Source: Patescibacteria group bacterium (lineage in GTDB: Bacteria > Patescibacteriota > Microgenomatia > UBA10105 > UBA927). From it: 64,000 bases of DNA. A program made the translations under genes and the position numbers. The stretch covers positions 408,150-472,149 of the forward strand of contig JBMOPU010000012.1 of the NCBI GenBank assembly GCA_049322955.1. Direction: 5' to 3'. Positions 1 through 9,582 of this stretch are shown one piece after another (position 1 is the stretch's first letter; each line of letters opens with the position of its first letter). The notes under the pieces are model-generated. The model did not search any database, was not told the DNA's origin, and was given only the letters and a program-made list of their open reading frames with translations.

Positions 1-2
1 TG

Positions 3-530
3 GCCAAATTGCTCGTGCTTCCCACGGGAGAAGAACCGACACTTGCTTCGGTAACGGATAAGGAAAAACTCAAGGATCAGCCATTTTTTGCCAAAGCGGA
101 AAACGGTGATAAGGTATTGATCTACACGGAGGCAAAAAAAGCGATTTTATACCGCCCGTCCCAACACATTATCGTTGAAGTCGCCGCGGTGAATTTAGGT
201 ACTCCCTCGGCAACCGTCGCCGATAAATCTCCCGATAAAAAAACTCCCCATACCTTTGTACTCTACAACGGTACTGACGTTACCGGCTTTACAAAAACGT
301 ATGAGGCGACATTAAAAGCATCGGTGGCATCCGCGGTCATCGTTGATCGCGATAACGCGGCAAAACGCGATTACGATACCAGTATGTTGGTTGATTTGAG
401 CGGGACAAAGTCTGCAATTGCGGCGGAGTTGGCCAAAACGCTCGGGATGGCGGTGAGTACACTTCCCGCGGGGGAAACGAAGCCGTCGGGAGCGGATTTC
501 CTGATAATTTTGGGTGACGACAAAAAGTAG
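3..530 (+). CDS. LytR C-terminal domain-containing protein (5'-truncated by window edge)
   Basis: Open from window edge; C-terminal VLYNGT..TG...DFLIILG matches LytR_C; N-terminal part is paralogous to the next gene. Confidence 0.75.
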   Translation, partial: AKLLVLPTGEEPTLASVTDKEKLKDQPFFAKAENGDKVLIYTEAKKAILYRPSQHIIVEVAAVNLGTPSATVADKSPDKKTPHTFVLYNGTDVTGFTKTYEATLKASVASAVIVDRDNAAKRDYDTSMLVDLSGTKSAIAAELAKTLGMAVSTLPAGETKPSGADFLIILGDDKK

Positions 531-546
531 TATATACTAATGTTCT

Positions 547-939
547 ATGGATAAACGGCCGGTGATCATTGCATTTGTCATTCTTTCGCTTCTTGCGATC
601 GGTGGATCGGGGGCAGGAATTTACTATTATTCCGAATACCAGAAATTATCCCAGCGCACCAGGAATCCCCAGGCGGAAATTAAGGAAGTTTTAGGCAAAG
701 TCGGCAAGCTCATTGAGCTCCCTGAAGGGGAAGAGCCGACGGTTGCTACCGTCCAGGATGCGGAACAAATTCGTAATCAACCGTTTTTTTCGAAAGCACA
801 AAACGGACACCGGGTAATCCTTTATACCAATGCGCGGCTTGCCATCCTTTTTGATGAAAAAGCCAATAAGCTGATCAATGTCGGGGCCGTCAACGTCGGT
901 ACGCCGTCGGGTTCTCCGGCTCCGACTCCCGGTCTATAA
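547..939 (+). CDS. Membrane-anchored hypothetical protein, paralog of the N-terminal domain of the upstream gene
   Basis: N-terminal TM helix; shares EEPT.A.V.D...QPFF.KA.NG..V..Y...AVN.GTPS with 3..530. Confidence 0.8.
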   Translation: MDKRPVIIAFVILSLLAIGGSGAGIYYYSEYQKLSQRTRNPQAEIKEVLGKVGKLIELPEGEEPTVATVQDAEQIRNQPFFSKAQNGHRVILYTNARLAILFDEKANKLINVGAVNVGTPSGSPAPTPGL

Positions 940-1102
940 GTCGCTCCCGTTCTTGGTTTTTCACACAAACTACGGTACAATCTTCCTATGTCGGGGAGGA
1001 GTATTTCGACACGCGTTCCTTCATTGCGCGTCGAAGAGACTCCCGGCAAGTTATAGACACGATTGAAGGAAAGGAGATTGAAATAACCATCGCGTAGCAT
1101 GC

Positions 1103-1465
1103 ATGGTCGAAATTTCACTACCCGGTATGCAAAATTTTCATGATCAGAAACTGTGGCAGGATGCGTTTGTGGTACTTATGGAGGTGCACGACACCTTTGA
1201 TGACATGCGGGAAGGACAAAACGAGGAAATCGTTGAAGACGTGATCGGATCGGCGACCAATGTGGCCGCAAAGATCGCCGACGGTCTGTCCCGGGCTGAT
1301 CGCAGATTCGGTCGCCAGGTGCTCCTTGACGCCATTGGCATGATTGCCATGGTACGGACCCATTTGGCCGTTTCGTGGGGTCGGGGATTGGTCTCTGATG
1401 AACAATTCCGCTCGATGGACGACAAGTATGCCGCACTGACGGCAAACGTGCAGAATGCCCGTTAA
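1103..1465 (+). CDS. Four-helix-bundle protein (23S rRNA intervening-sequence protein family-like)
   Basis: F.D.KLWQ.A...SATNVAAKIADG..R pattern; 120 aa, helical. Confidence 0.75.
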   Translation: MVEISLPGMQNFHDQKLWQDAFVVLMEVHDTFDDMREGQNEEIVEDVIGSATNVAAKIADGLSRADRRFGRQVLLDAIGMIAMVRTHLAVSWGRGLVSDEQFRSMDDKYAALTANVQNAR

Positions 1466-1580
1466 ACAAAGCGTCAATCAGTGATTTTCCCGCCGAGCGC
1501 ATCGTGACAGCATGGGTGTATGCTCCCGCCGGCGTATTTCCCCCTTTACAAGGATTTCTCGCGCCTGGTAGCCTGTCTGT

Positions 1581-2225
1581 ATGGCAGATATCGACGTGAT
1601 TGCGGGAGTTGCGGAAAAAGATTGGGATTCGTTTGCAAACAAAGTGATCTTTGCATCCGCGCAGGTGAAGTGGATTCATGTGACGATAGCAGACGGTACC
1701 ATGGGTACGGATGCGACGCTTACCGATTTTACGAAACTCCCCGACCTTATGGCGGAATTGCCGCATCTTTCCTTTGAGGCGCACCTCGTTTGCGCAAATC
1801 CCGAAAAATATGCCCACGCGCTTACCGATGCGGGTTTTACGCGGCTTATCGCACACGTCGAGTGTAACGATCCGCGGCGCTTCCTTGCCGAGGCAAAGTA
1901 CGATGAGGTGGAAGTGGGGATAGCGATGGACGGGGCTACCGAGATTGAGGAAGTCGAACCGTTTCTTGAGGAAGTGGACTTTGTCGTGGTAATGTCCGCC
2001 GAGGCGGGGGCAACCGGGGGTACGTTCCTCCCTGAAGCGGTCGAAAAGGTGAAAATAATCCGTCAGAATCTCCCGGATCTTCCCATTGAGGTCGTTGGGG
2101 GGATCACCGAAAGCACCGTCAAATCGGTCAAAGACGCCGGCGCCACGCGGATCGTATCCACCGCCTACCTGTTCGGGCATCCCGAGGGAGTCGAGGCGGC
2201 AGTGGAGACTTTAGCCTCGGCATAA
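1581..2225 (+). CDS. rpe: Ribulose-phosphate 3-epimerase family protein
   Basis: IHV.IADG, EAHL, VVMS.E.G..G..F, IEV.GGI, GAT.IV motifs; some catalytic Asp positions have diverged. Confidence 0.75.
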   Translation: MADIDVIAGVAEKDWDSFANKVIFASAQVKWIHVTIADGTMGTDATLTDFTKLPDLMAELPHLSFEAHLVCANPEKYAHALTDAGFTRLIAHVECNDPRRFLAEAKYDEVEVGIAMDGATEIEEVEPFLEEVDFVVVMSAEAGATGGTFLPEAVEKVKIIRQNLPDLPIEVVGGITESTVKSVKDAGATRIVSTAYLFGHPEGVEAAVETLASA

Positions 2226-2275
2226 TAGCCCATAGTTGTATAATTCGCTTCACTTTGCTATACTCGTGGCTTCGT

Positions 2276-3082
2276 ATGCGGGAAACCCTCCCTCCGATAG
2301 CCATCAGCTGTGATGATCTCAATTCCGTCCGTGCGCTCGATAATATTGAGAGGACAGGCCTTCCCGTCCACGGTGACGTCATTGTGACGAATGTGCGACG
2401 GTTTCAGGATGTGAAACAATTTGTCCGTGAAAACCGTCCCCGGATTGCCCGTACGGAACCCGGGGTGCATATTTCGCTTTTTGAGGGTGATTTTCCTGCG
2501 GAAACAACGGGGACGCAACTTTTTGGGGAAGCGGGGCTCCTGCATCGCATGCTCCACGAGGCAGAGGGTGAACATGCGCACCTCTCGCGCCATTTCCGTT
2601 CACACTTCAACCGGTGGGCGGCGCAAGCGCTGGGTAAGCATGAACAACGTATCCGGGACGAGATGCACCGGCAGATCGATGTCTGGAAACAGCTTTTCGG
2701 GGAAGAAGCCAAATATCTGTCCTACCATTTCGGGATGCATTTTATTCCGTTCCTTCATGCAACCTACGTTCAAGTGGCGAATGAGCGGGGCATTCCCTAC
2801 CGTCACGCCACGCAGTACACCGGCATGCCCGCACGCGGCGCACTTGCCGTGTACGACGGGCTCAATGATCCGGACGTGACCGGCAAACGGGTACTTACGG
2901 CACTCGAGAAAATCCAAAAGCGCAGAAGGCCGACGGAGATCATGGTGCATTTCGGGGAATCAGGCTACGGCGGAGCACAAACCAGGGCGTTTCTCGATCC
3001 GCGGGTTCGGGAAGAAATTTTCCGCTGGCATATCGAAATGCCGCATACTATTTGGAGTCGGTTGCAAAATGGCAACAAGTGA
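2276..3082 (+). CDS. ChbG/HpnK (YdjC-like) carbohydrate deacetylase
   Basis: ISCDDL, GVHISL, SYHFGMH, EIMVH motifs. Confidence 0.7.
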   Translation: MRETLPPIAISCDDLNSVRALDNIERTGLPVHGDVIVTNVRRFQDVKQFVRENRPRIARTEPGVHISLFEGDFPAETTGTQLFGEAGLLHRMLHEAEGEHAHLSRHFRSHFNRWAAQALGKHEQRIRDEMHRQIDVWKQLFGEEAKYLSYHFGMHFIPFLHATYVQVANERGIPYRHATQYTGMPARGALAVYDGLNDPDVTGKRVLTALEKIQKRRRPTEIMVHFGESGYGGAQTRAFLDPRVREEIFRWHIEMPHTIWSRLQNGNK

Positions 3083-3089
3083 TTGAATG

Positions 3090-3788
3090 CTACTCACCCG
3101 CTTCCGTGTTATCGATTGCAACGGAAGGGGATACGATGGGAATAGCATGTGACGTACCGATTCGATCGACCCCAACGGCAAAAAATGCCTCTGCCTGTTC
3201 CTTAGTGCTTACTCCGCCCGCCACTTTTATTTTCATCTCAGGTACCGCTTCTTTGATGATGCGTACATCCTCAACCGTCGGGTTCCGGGGGCCCATACCC
3301 GAGCCTATTTTCACAAAATCCGCTCCCGACTGTGCAATATAACGGGCAACTTCCTGCATTGCGTCTATTTTATTTGGGAGATTGTCAAAGTAGCCGGGGT
3401 CAAGAATAAATTTGACGATAACGGGCTTGCCCAGCATACGGGCGGCTTCGATGACCTCTGTCATTTCTGCAAGAAACCCCTGGGTATCACCTGACACATA
3501 TCGTCCGAGGTTGGGGACGACGTCGAGTTCGTCGGCGCCGTCGCTGACGGCTCGATTTGCCGCGGCGGTTTTGACACTTGGCGCATCCTGACCCAGAGGA
3601 AATGAAATCACACAGCCGACTTTTGCACTCGTTGTTACGATGGATTTTGCATAGGAGACATACGCGGGATTGACAAAGGCCGTATGAAATCCGTACTTGA
3701 GCACGGCCTTACAAAGTGTTTGTATATCCCGGGGAGTTGCGTTTGCGCGATGGTTGGCAAAGTCGAGGCGCGGGGCAAGGTCATCCAT
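3090..3788 (-). CDS. deoC: Deoxyribose-phosphate aldolase
   Basis: VISFPLG, GADELDVV, ADFVK, KVAGGV, RIGTS motifs. Confidence 0.9.
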   Translation of the reverse strand: MDDLAPRLDFANHRANATPRDIQTLCKAVLKYGFHTAFVNPAYVSYAKSIVTTSAKVGCVISFPLGQDAPSVKTAAANRAVSDGADELDVVPNLGRYVSGDTQGFLAEMTEVIEAARMLGKPVIVKFILDPGYFDNLPNKIDAMQEVARYIAQSGADFVKIGSGMGPRNPTVEDVRIIKEAVPEMKIKVAGGVSTKEQAEAFFAVGVDRIGTSHAIPIVSPSVAIDNTEAGE

Positions 3789-3894
3789 ATAGAGAGTGTA
3801 GCATAGATTACCAAGGAGAGGGATTTCAAGAATATTGATTGCAATATACGGCATCGTGTATTAGGATACGTTCACCTGCTCAACTATTTCTTTT

Positions 3895-4284
3895 ATGGCT
3901 TCATCGAGGCGACGCGAGGCGTCAATAGAAAACGCGCAGTACGATAGGCACTTTGCCGGAGACGACATCTTTGGCGGTCAGGTGCGACATCACCGCGTGG
4001 GGATGCGGACATTTCAAGACGGCGGGGTTACGACCAATTTGCGGGGGATGCATTTTGCCTCCGGAGGCGTTGCGGATGCCCGCGCGGTGCACCTCGACGG
4101 AACGGGCCAAACACTCACACAGATAAAAACAGAACTGACCCGTCGGGGTATCCGTAAAAAGGGAGATCGTATTCACGAGGTACGGATGGCTTCGGGAGGC
4201 GGAGGCATTTTTGTGTTACTCAGCCCCGCACCCCTTAATCCTGAGGCATCGCAAAACGTCGATTTCGACGGTCAGGACGATTAG
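3895..4284 (+). CDS. Hypothetical protein
   Basis: 129-aa ATG ORF filling the intergenic space; no motif recognised. Confidence 0.5.
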   Translation: MASSRRREASIENAQYDRHFAGDDIFGGQVRHHRVGMRTFQDGGVTTNLRGMHFASGGVADARAVHLDGTGQTLTQIKTELTRRGIRKKGDRIHEVRMASGGGGIFVLLSPAPLNPEASQNVDFDGQDD

Positions 4285-4308
4285 GGTTCCACGCGGTATA
4301 ATTGCCTC

Positions 4309-5304
4309 ATGTCATTTGCAAAACTCTGTGTTGCCGGAACATTTGACGGACTGCATCGCGGCCATGAGGTTCTTTTGTCGCGCGCGTTTCTTGAAGGCGA
4401 ATACGTACTCATTGGAATTACCTCCGATACGTATACAAAACGATACAAGCGACCGGGTATTCGCCCGATGCATCTTCGGATAGCCGAACTTACCGACTGG
4501 TTGGCGTCACACGGATATACGAAACGGGCGACGATTATTGCTATTGACGATCCGTTTGAACCGGCCGCGACACGAACGGATCTCGATGCGCTTGTGGTGT
4601 CGGAAGACTCCCGGAGTCGTGCGGACGCACTTAATGCCCTACGGAACAGTCGCGGGCTTGCTTCGTTATCGCTTATCGTCGTCCCCATGGTTCTGGCATA
4701 TGATACCAAGCCAATTTCCACGACAAGAATACGACAGGGAGTTATCGATAAAACGGGGAAATTACGTATGCCCGATTCGCTTCGAACGACACTCTCGTAT
4801 CCGTTAGGAGAGGTATTGCATCAGAACACGCTTCCTCGCTGGTGGGCAACGCATAGCGGAGTACCGTGTTATACCGTAGGGGATATGACGACCTACACGG
4901 TGCTTTCTCGGGGTATTGTACCGAAGGTTATGGTGATAGACCATCGAGTCAATCGCTCGCCTTTTACGCGCCATATATCGCTTCTTTCCGGGATAGCCAA
5001 AAAGACCATGAATGTATCAAGCGGCCCGGGATTTATCAGTGACACCGCACTCACCGCCATCCGCACTGCCATGACATCGGTTTCTGGCCTGCCGATCGTT
5101 ATCGAGGTGAACGGGGAGGAGGACTTGCTTACCATTCCCGTTATCATGGAAGCGCCGATCGGGTCGTTCGTCTATTATGGTCAGCCAAAACTTCCTGATA
5201 TAGCAATCCAAAACGGTATTGTGGCAGTTCCCGTGACTCGTGAGACAAAAGAAGTCGCAATTGCCCTCCTTCGTCGGTTTGTTACCTCGGGACATTCCTC
5301 TTGA
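4309..5304 (+). CDS. coaD: Fused archaeal-type phosphopantetheine adenylyltransferase + GTP-dependent dephospho-CoA kinase (DUF359-like)
   Basis: N-terminal GTFD.LH.GH, LVVSE, ISTTRIR; C-terminal PLG, VGD.T, GEEDLL.IP, V.YGQP motifs. Confidence 0.85.
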   Translation: MSFAKLCVAGTFDGLHRGHEVLLSRAFLEGEYVLIGITSDTYTKRYKRPGIRPMHLRIAELTDWLASHGYTKRATIIAIDDPFEPAATRTDLDALVVSEDSRSRADALNALRNSRGLASLSLIVVPMVLAYDTKPISTTRIRQGVIDKTGKLRMPDSLRTTLSYPLGEVLHQNTLPRWWATHSGVPCYTVGDMTTYTVLSRGIVPKVMVIDHRVNRSPFTRHISLLSGIAKKTMNVSSGPGFISDTALTAIRTAMTSVSGLPIVIEVNGEEDLLTIPVIMEAPIGSFVYYGQPKLPDIAIQNGIVAVPVTRETKEVAIALLRRFVTSGHSS

Positions 5305-5332
5305 TCCGCACTTTGGAATACGGGATACTTAA

Positions 5333-6199
5333 ATGACGATGGCAAAATATGTTCCCGATGTCGGCTCGCGTCGGTGGGTGATTATCGCCCCCGGGAGAAC
5401 CGCCCGTCCGTCGGAGGATAAAAAGAAAAAAGAAGAAACGGCGCCGCAGTGTCCGTTCTGTGTGGGGAACGAGCATCTGACGCCTCCCGAGTTGTATCGA
5501 ATCGGCGGTGGGGAAAAAGATATGCCCGGTTGGCAGGTGCGGGTGGTACCGAATAAATATCCGATTACCGACACTCATGAGGTAATTATCCATAGTACCG
5601 ACGATACCCTCGATATTGAAGATCTTCCTGTAGAGCAGGTTACACGGATTCTTATGGCATACCGGGATCGGTATCGGGCGCATGATGATGCCGGGCAGGT
5701 GCTTATTTTCTGTAACCACGGTTTTGCGGCGGGAGCAAGTCTTAAACACCCGCATTCGCAACTCGTGGTCATCCCCAAACAGATTAATCTTGATGCGGTA
5801 TCCCGGGAGCCCGTTGCAAACGTCGTGGAGGATAATACCTATTTTGTCACGTATTGTCCTGATTTTTCGCAATGGCCGTTTGAAGTATGGATCGCACCCA
5901 AAGTAGCAGGAGGCGGGAAATTCAGCGGCATCACCGATGGGGAAATAACCGATCTTGCGCGTGTCCTTCAGAATGCGTTACGTCGCATCCGCTCGGTACA
6001 AACGGCAGGAAATGTTCGCTCGGTACATGAGGGGGCATTTGTGTATAACTTTTACATATCCCATGCGGACAACTGGTTTATCCGCATCACCCCGCGATTT
6101 GTCCATCGGGCGGGATTTGAGTTAGGGACGGGGCTTAACGTGAATGTTATCGATCCTACCGAGGCCGCCAAAATCCTCAAAGAAGTGGCGGTTGGATAG
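5333..6199 (+). CDS. galT: Galactose-1-phosphate uridylyltransferase-like (HIT superfamily)
   Basis: WVIIAP.R..RP, CPFC.GNE, VVPNKYP, GASLKHPHSQ, AGFELGTG. Confidence 0.85.
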   Translation: MTMAKYVPDVGSRRWVIIAPGRTARPSEDKKKKEETAPQCPFCVGNEHLTPPELYRIGGGEKDMPGWQVRVVPNKYPITDTHEVIIHSTDDTLDIEDLPVEQVTRILMAYRDRYRAHDDAGQVLIFCNHGFAAGASLKHPHSQLVVIPKQINLDAVSREPVANVVEDNTYFVTYCPDFSQWPFEVWIAPKVAGGGKFSGITDGEITDLARVLQNALRRIRSVQTAGNVRSVHEGAFVYNFYISHADNWFIRITPRFVHRAGFELGTGLNVNVIDPTEAAKILKEVAVG

Positions 6200-6548
6200 G
6201 ACCAAGATGAAGCGAAGGATCTCGTGGTAGCGTTTTTACCGCTCGCGCTTCGATAGGGCATCCGCCGGCTCCCTTGGGAATCGGACACCCCTCACAAATA
6301 ATCAATCCGTCACGGAACGGCGTTTTTGTTCGGGCAATGATACTTTTATCTTTCCGGGCGCTTTTATAGACGGTCAGACAATGGGCGCCGTTTGCTTTTT
6401 CCCAGAATGACCGTTGTCCCATACCGCTCGGTTTGAGGGTATCAATCGTGTTGGCACGGTCATCCGCAAGCGGGGGAGGAGTGGACACATCGTCCCAAAG
6501 CTCCAATCCGTCCACACGGACGAACATCTCGTGGTTATAAAATCTCAT
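6177..6548 (-). CDS. Hypothetical protein with Cys cluster
   Basis: ATG at 6548 downstream of a consensus promoter; C..C........C motif. Confidence 0.5.
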   Translation of the reverse strand: MRFYNHEMFVRVDGLELWDDVSTPPPLADDRANTIDTLKPSGMGQRSFWEKANGAHCLTVYKSARKDKSIIARTKTPFRDGLIICEGCPIPKGAGGCPIEARAVKTLPRDPSLHLGPIQPPLL

Positions 6549-6601
6549 AGGGTTACAACACAAAAAAGCTCATGACGCGCATGAGCTTGGATGTAAGGGA
6601 T

Positions 6602-6630
6602 ATTATACCCTATAGTAATATTTTCGTCAA
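6602..6630 (-). promoter_or_regulatory. Sigma70-type promoter
   Basis: TTGACG-17 nt-TATAAT on the minus strand. Confidence 0.7.
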
Positions 6631-6636
6631 AAAGGA

Positions 6637-6837
6637 CTATATTGCGCCTTTTTGCTGTTGACCCAAGAGCCACAGCACCGCTTCCTTCTTATATCGACGG
6701 TCTCCGCGTGAATTGATGCGGATGGCGGGGAGCTTGCCTCGCTTACCCCAGCGTTTGATGGTAAGGGGAGAAACACGCAATATCTTTGCGACTTCCCGAA
6801 CAGTTAATAAATCTGGCCATTCATCACCGAGTGCCAT
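6637..6837 (-). CDS. Excisionase-like / MerR-type HTH DNA-binding protein
   Basis: LLTVREVA.ILRVS..T..RW...G.LPA.R....G.RRY. Confidence 0.9.
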   Translation of the reverse strand: MALGDEWPDLLTVREVAKILRVSPLTIKRWGKRGKLPAIRINSRGDRRYKKEAVLWLLGQQQKGAI

Positions 6838-7218
6838 ATACGTTTTATCGTTATTTCATTCCATCGTTCCTTCCAAAAGAAACGAAGAAGAAATACGATT
6901 CCTTTCTGAGCAGGCAACCCCATACGATCATGGGACATTATCTTTTCCGATCACAACAGTACATGAGAACATCAAACCTTGTCAATAGGGAGTCGCAAAA
7001 TATTATGCAAAAAAAATAAATTGTGGATAACTTATGGAAAAAAATATTATTTTGCGACATGTGATAATTCCGCCTGCGCGCGACTGACCGTCATGATGGC
7101 ATACAGGCAAGTATTTTCGATATACGACCACGGTGTGATGAAGGTATATTCGGGACCGGGAGTAAAAAGTACAGGATATCAACGAAGATGTGGAGCAAAC
7201 GAACGCACTGTTTGTAGA

Positions 7219-7881
7219 TTAACGCTTCTTTAACGAGGCAATCATCGCATCGACTTCGGCAATGACTGTCGGATCAACGGGCAGACCGGTGGTAAGACTC
7301 ATATGGCCGAATCCCGTCGGCTGTCCGTAGGTTTCCGTTCCTTTTTGACATACGGTGTAGCCCTTTGTAGTGCCGTTGTTGGTGTTTGTTGTTCCTCGGC
7401 GAAGCATGACGCCGTCAGCGGTCTGTAACTCGACGTATGAGTCATATCGCGAGCTCGGGCCTTCGAAGTCGGCATCATCGGGATACAGACACATGGCGCC
7501 TCCGGTAGCGGCTTGAAAAATCTTAAAAGTAGTGGTTCCCTTGGTGAGAATGAGCGTGTCCACCCAGGTGCCTTCGTTTGTGGTGGTGTGTGAAGGCGTC
7601 CAGCCCTGCGGAACCGTCAGCTGATATTTGGTAAAGCTGAGTCCCGATTCGGCACCGACACCGGCGGTGACGATCGTGGTTTTCTTATTTTCTTCCGGGA
7701 GTTTTTCCGGCATCAGGCCGGGATCAATCGTCGGTTCTGCCGTGGGAGTAACGGCCGTTGCTACGGTTCCCGATTCGGGTGACTGTGTCTTTCTTCCGAG
7801 CATATACGCACCGTATGAGACACCTCCCAAAATCGCAAGGACAAGTACCGCTTTACCCAAGAATGAAAAGAATTTATCCAT
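7219..7881 (-). CDS. Membrane-anchored hypothetical protein
   Basis: N-terminal TM, PT-rich linker, YQLTVPQGW (PsbP-like) segment. Confidence 0.75.
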   Translation of the reverse strand: MDKFFSFLGKAVLVLAILGGVSYGAYMLGRKTQSPESGTVATAVTPTAEPTIDPGLMPEKLPEENKKTTIVTAGVGAESGLSFTKYQLTVPQGWTPSHTTTNEGTWVDTLILTKGTTTFKIFQAATGGAMCLYPDDADFEGPSSRYDSYVELQTADGVMLRRGTTNTNNGTTKGYTVCQKGTETYGQPTGFGHMSLTTGLPVDPTVIAEVDAMIASLKKR

Positions 7882-7933
7882 TGCGGAAGTATTGTTGCAG
7901 GTTAATTGTATGTTGTCAAACAGTCATTGGCAC

Positions 7934-7962
7934 AAAAAACCCCGCCATAGGCGGGGCTCTTT
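7934..7962 (-). terminator. Intrinsic terminator after rplL
   Basis: CCCCGCC/GGCGGGG stem followed by a U-run on the minus strand. Confidence 0.75.
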
Positions 7963-7980
7963 GTGAATAATAAGAAATTC

Positions 7981-8370
7981 TTATTTAAGCTCGACTTTTG
8001 CGCCAGCGGCTTCAAGCTTTTTCTTTGCTTCTTCAGCGGCTGATTTGGCGGCTCCCGTAACCACTTCTTTCGGAGCGGATTCGACGAGCGTCTTTGCTTC
8101 CTGGAGACCCAAGGTCGGGACGAGTTCGCGGACCGCTTTAATAACCCCGATCTTGTTTGCTCCTGCATCCGTAAGAACGACATTGAAGGAAGTTTGTTCT
8201 TCTTTGGGTTCTCCTGCGTCAGCAGAGGCTGCTGCGGCTCCTCCTGCAACGGCAACGGGAGCGGCGGTGACACCAAATTTTTCTTCAAGTGCTTTGACCA
8301 AATCGGAAAGTTCCAAAACGGTCATCTCTTCGACGGCTTGCATGATTTCATCTTTCGATAATTTTGCCAT
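7981..8370 (-). CDS. rplL: 50S ribosomal protein L7/L12
   Basis: [36 protein letters not shown]. Confidence 0.98.
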   Translation of the reverse strand: MAKLSKDEIMQAVEEMTVLELSDLVKALEEKFGVTAAPVAVAGGAAAASADAGEPKEEQTSFNVVLTDAGANKIGVIKAVRELVPTLGLQEAKTLVESAPKEVVTGAAKSAAEEAKKKLEAAGAKVELK

Positions 8371-8402
8371 AGTATAGTGTCACCTCCTTTCAGAATAATG
8401 TG

Positions 8403-8918
8403 TTAACTGGTCTTTTTCCCTTTAATAGCGTTTAATGCCCAGACTAATTTGTTCATATTCCACTGTAATGCGTAGTGCAGTCCCTGGATCGGGGCATTGA
8501 GCTGACCTACCAGTTTGCCGAGCAATACTTCGCGTGACGGAAGCGTTGCAAGTTTCGCAATATCACTTTCATTCATGACGACCGCTCCCATGAGCCCGGC
8601 CTTAGGTTTGCCGACGCCCGCCGCTTTAAAGAACTTTAACATTTCCTTAAGCGGCGCCACTTCATCCTGATACGCAAAGAGGACGGCCGTTTCATTGTTG
8701 AGCGGTTCTCGTATGGAATCTGCCCGTTCGCCCAAAGCGCGGAGGATAAGGCGATTTTTGGCGATCATGAATTCACCGTTGGTCTTTTTGAGATTTCGGC
8801 GGAGTTCTTCAAGCTGTTTGTGCTTTAATCCGCGGTAATCCGCAAGCACCATAACCTTTGCTTTGCCGACTTTGTCGGTAAGAGCTGCTACCGTATCGAT
8901 TTTTCGTTGTGTTGCCAT
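8403..8918 (-). CDS. rplJ: 50S ribosomal protein L10
   Basis: DYRGL, KNRL, LPSREVLL; directly upstream of rplL. Confidence 0.97.
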   Translation of the reverse strand: MATQRKIDTVAALTDKVGKAKVMVLADYRGLKHKQLEELRRNLKKTNGEFMIAKNRLILRALGERADSIREPLNNETAVLFAYQDEVAPLKEMLKFFKAAGVGKPKAGLMGAVVMNESDIAKLATLPSREVLLGKLVGQLNAPIQGLHYALQWNMNKLVWALNAIKGKKTS

Positions 8919-8929
8919 AGTACCTCCTA

Positions 8930-9116
8930 ATAAAAAAATACCCCGCCTAAAGCGGGGAATGCGTTTCTTCGCCTATCGTTTATTCGTTACATCGGAACAT
9001 GCAATGTAACAACGTTACGAGTCGTGCGAGCAAACAAGATTCCTTCGGTAGGACTTATTGAGTGACGATATCCCGCCTAGCGGAATTTCACTTCGCTCAA
9101 CCTACTGTCTTTAGGA
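8930..9116 (-). promoter_or_regulatory. L10 leader (ribosomal protein autoregulatory RNA) with attenuator hairpin
   Basis: Minus strand CCTAAAGACAGTAGG ... CCTACCGAAGG, typical of L10 leaders; hairpin CCCCGC/GCGGGG + U-run just before the rplJ RBS. Confidence 0.7.
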
Positions 9117-9147
9117 TAACTTTATTATAACAGAAAAATGAGATTAA

Positions 9148-9492
9148 TCAACCGTTTCCTGTGCCTCTATTTTTTGTCCGAGCCGATTGACGTGCCCATT
9201 TGTTCGCTTGCCGCTCTTTCCGTCGGTATGTGCTTGTTGCATTTTCAGTCACCAATCTTTCCAGGGCTATGTCCATGGTGCGGGTAACCTCGTCTCTTTC
9301 CGCAGGATCGATAACTTGTATACCTGTGGCGCTTGGTTGTCTGTCAAAGAGTGCTTTGATTGGTCCAACAATGTTTGCCGCAAATACAAATCGATTGACC
9401 TTTGCGACTTCTTCTTTCGTTGCTTTGGTTTTAGGGCGGCTTAACGCTTGATCAAGTCCTGTTTCTAATCGATCTTTTAATCTATCATTCAT
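9148..9492 (-). CDS. Hypothetical protein inserted between rplA and rplJ
   Basis: AGGAGG RBS before ATG 9492; 114 aa. Confidence 0.6.
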   Translation of the reverse strand: MNDRLKDRLETGLDQALSRPKTKATKEEVAKVNRFVFAANIVGPIKALFDRQPSATGIQVIDPAERDEVTRTMDIALERLVTENATSTYRRKERQANKWARQSARTKNRGTGNG

Positions 9493-9582
9493 AATCCTCC
9501 TTTTATAGGATTCATTCAAGGTAAAAAACACCCATGATCCTAAATAGTACGTGTAATGCGGGGAATTAGTTTCAATCCAGGT

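Noticed and set aside
6637-6837. Prophage/ICE implied by the excisionase-like gene
   Set aside because: No integrase, att pair or phage genes nearby; stand-alone HTH genes of this type are common.
7000-7060. oriC
   Set aside because: Only one clear DnaA box and no dnaA/dnaN in the window.
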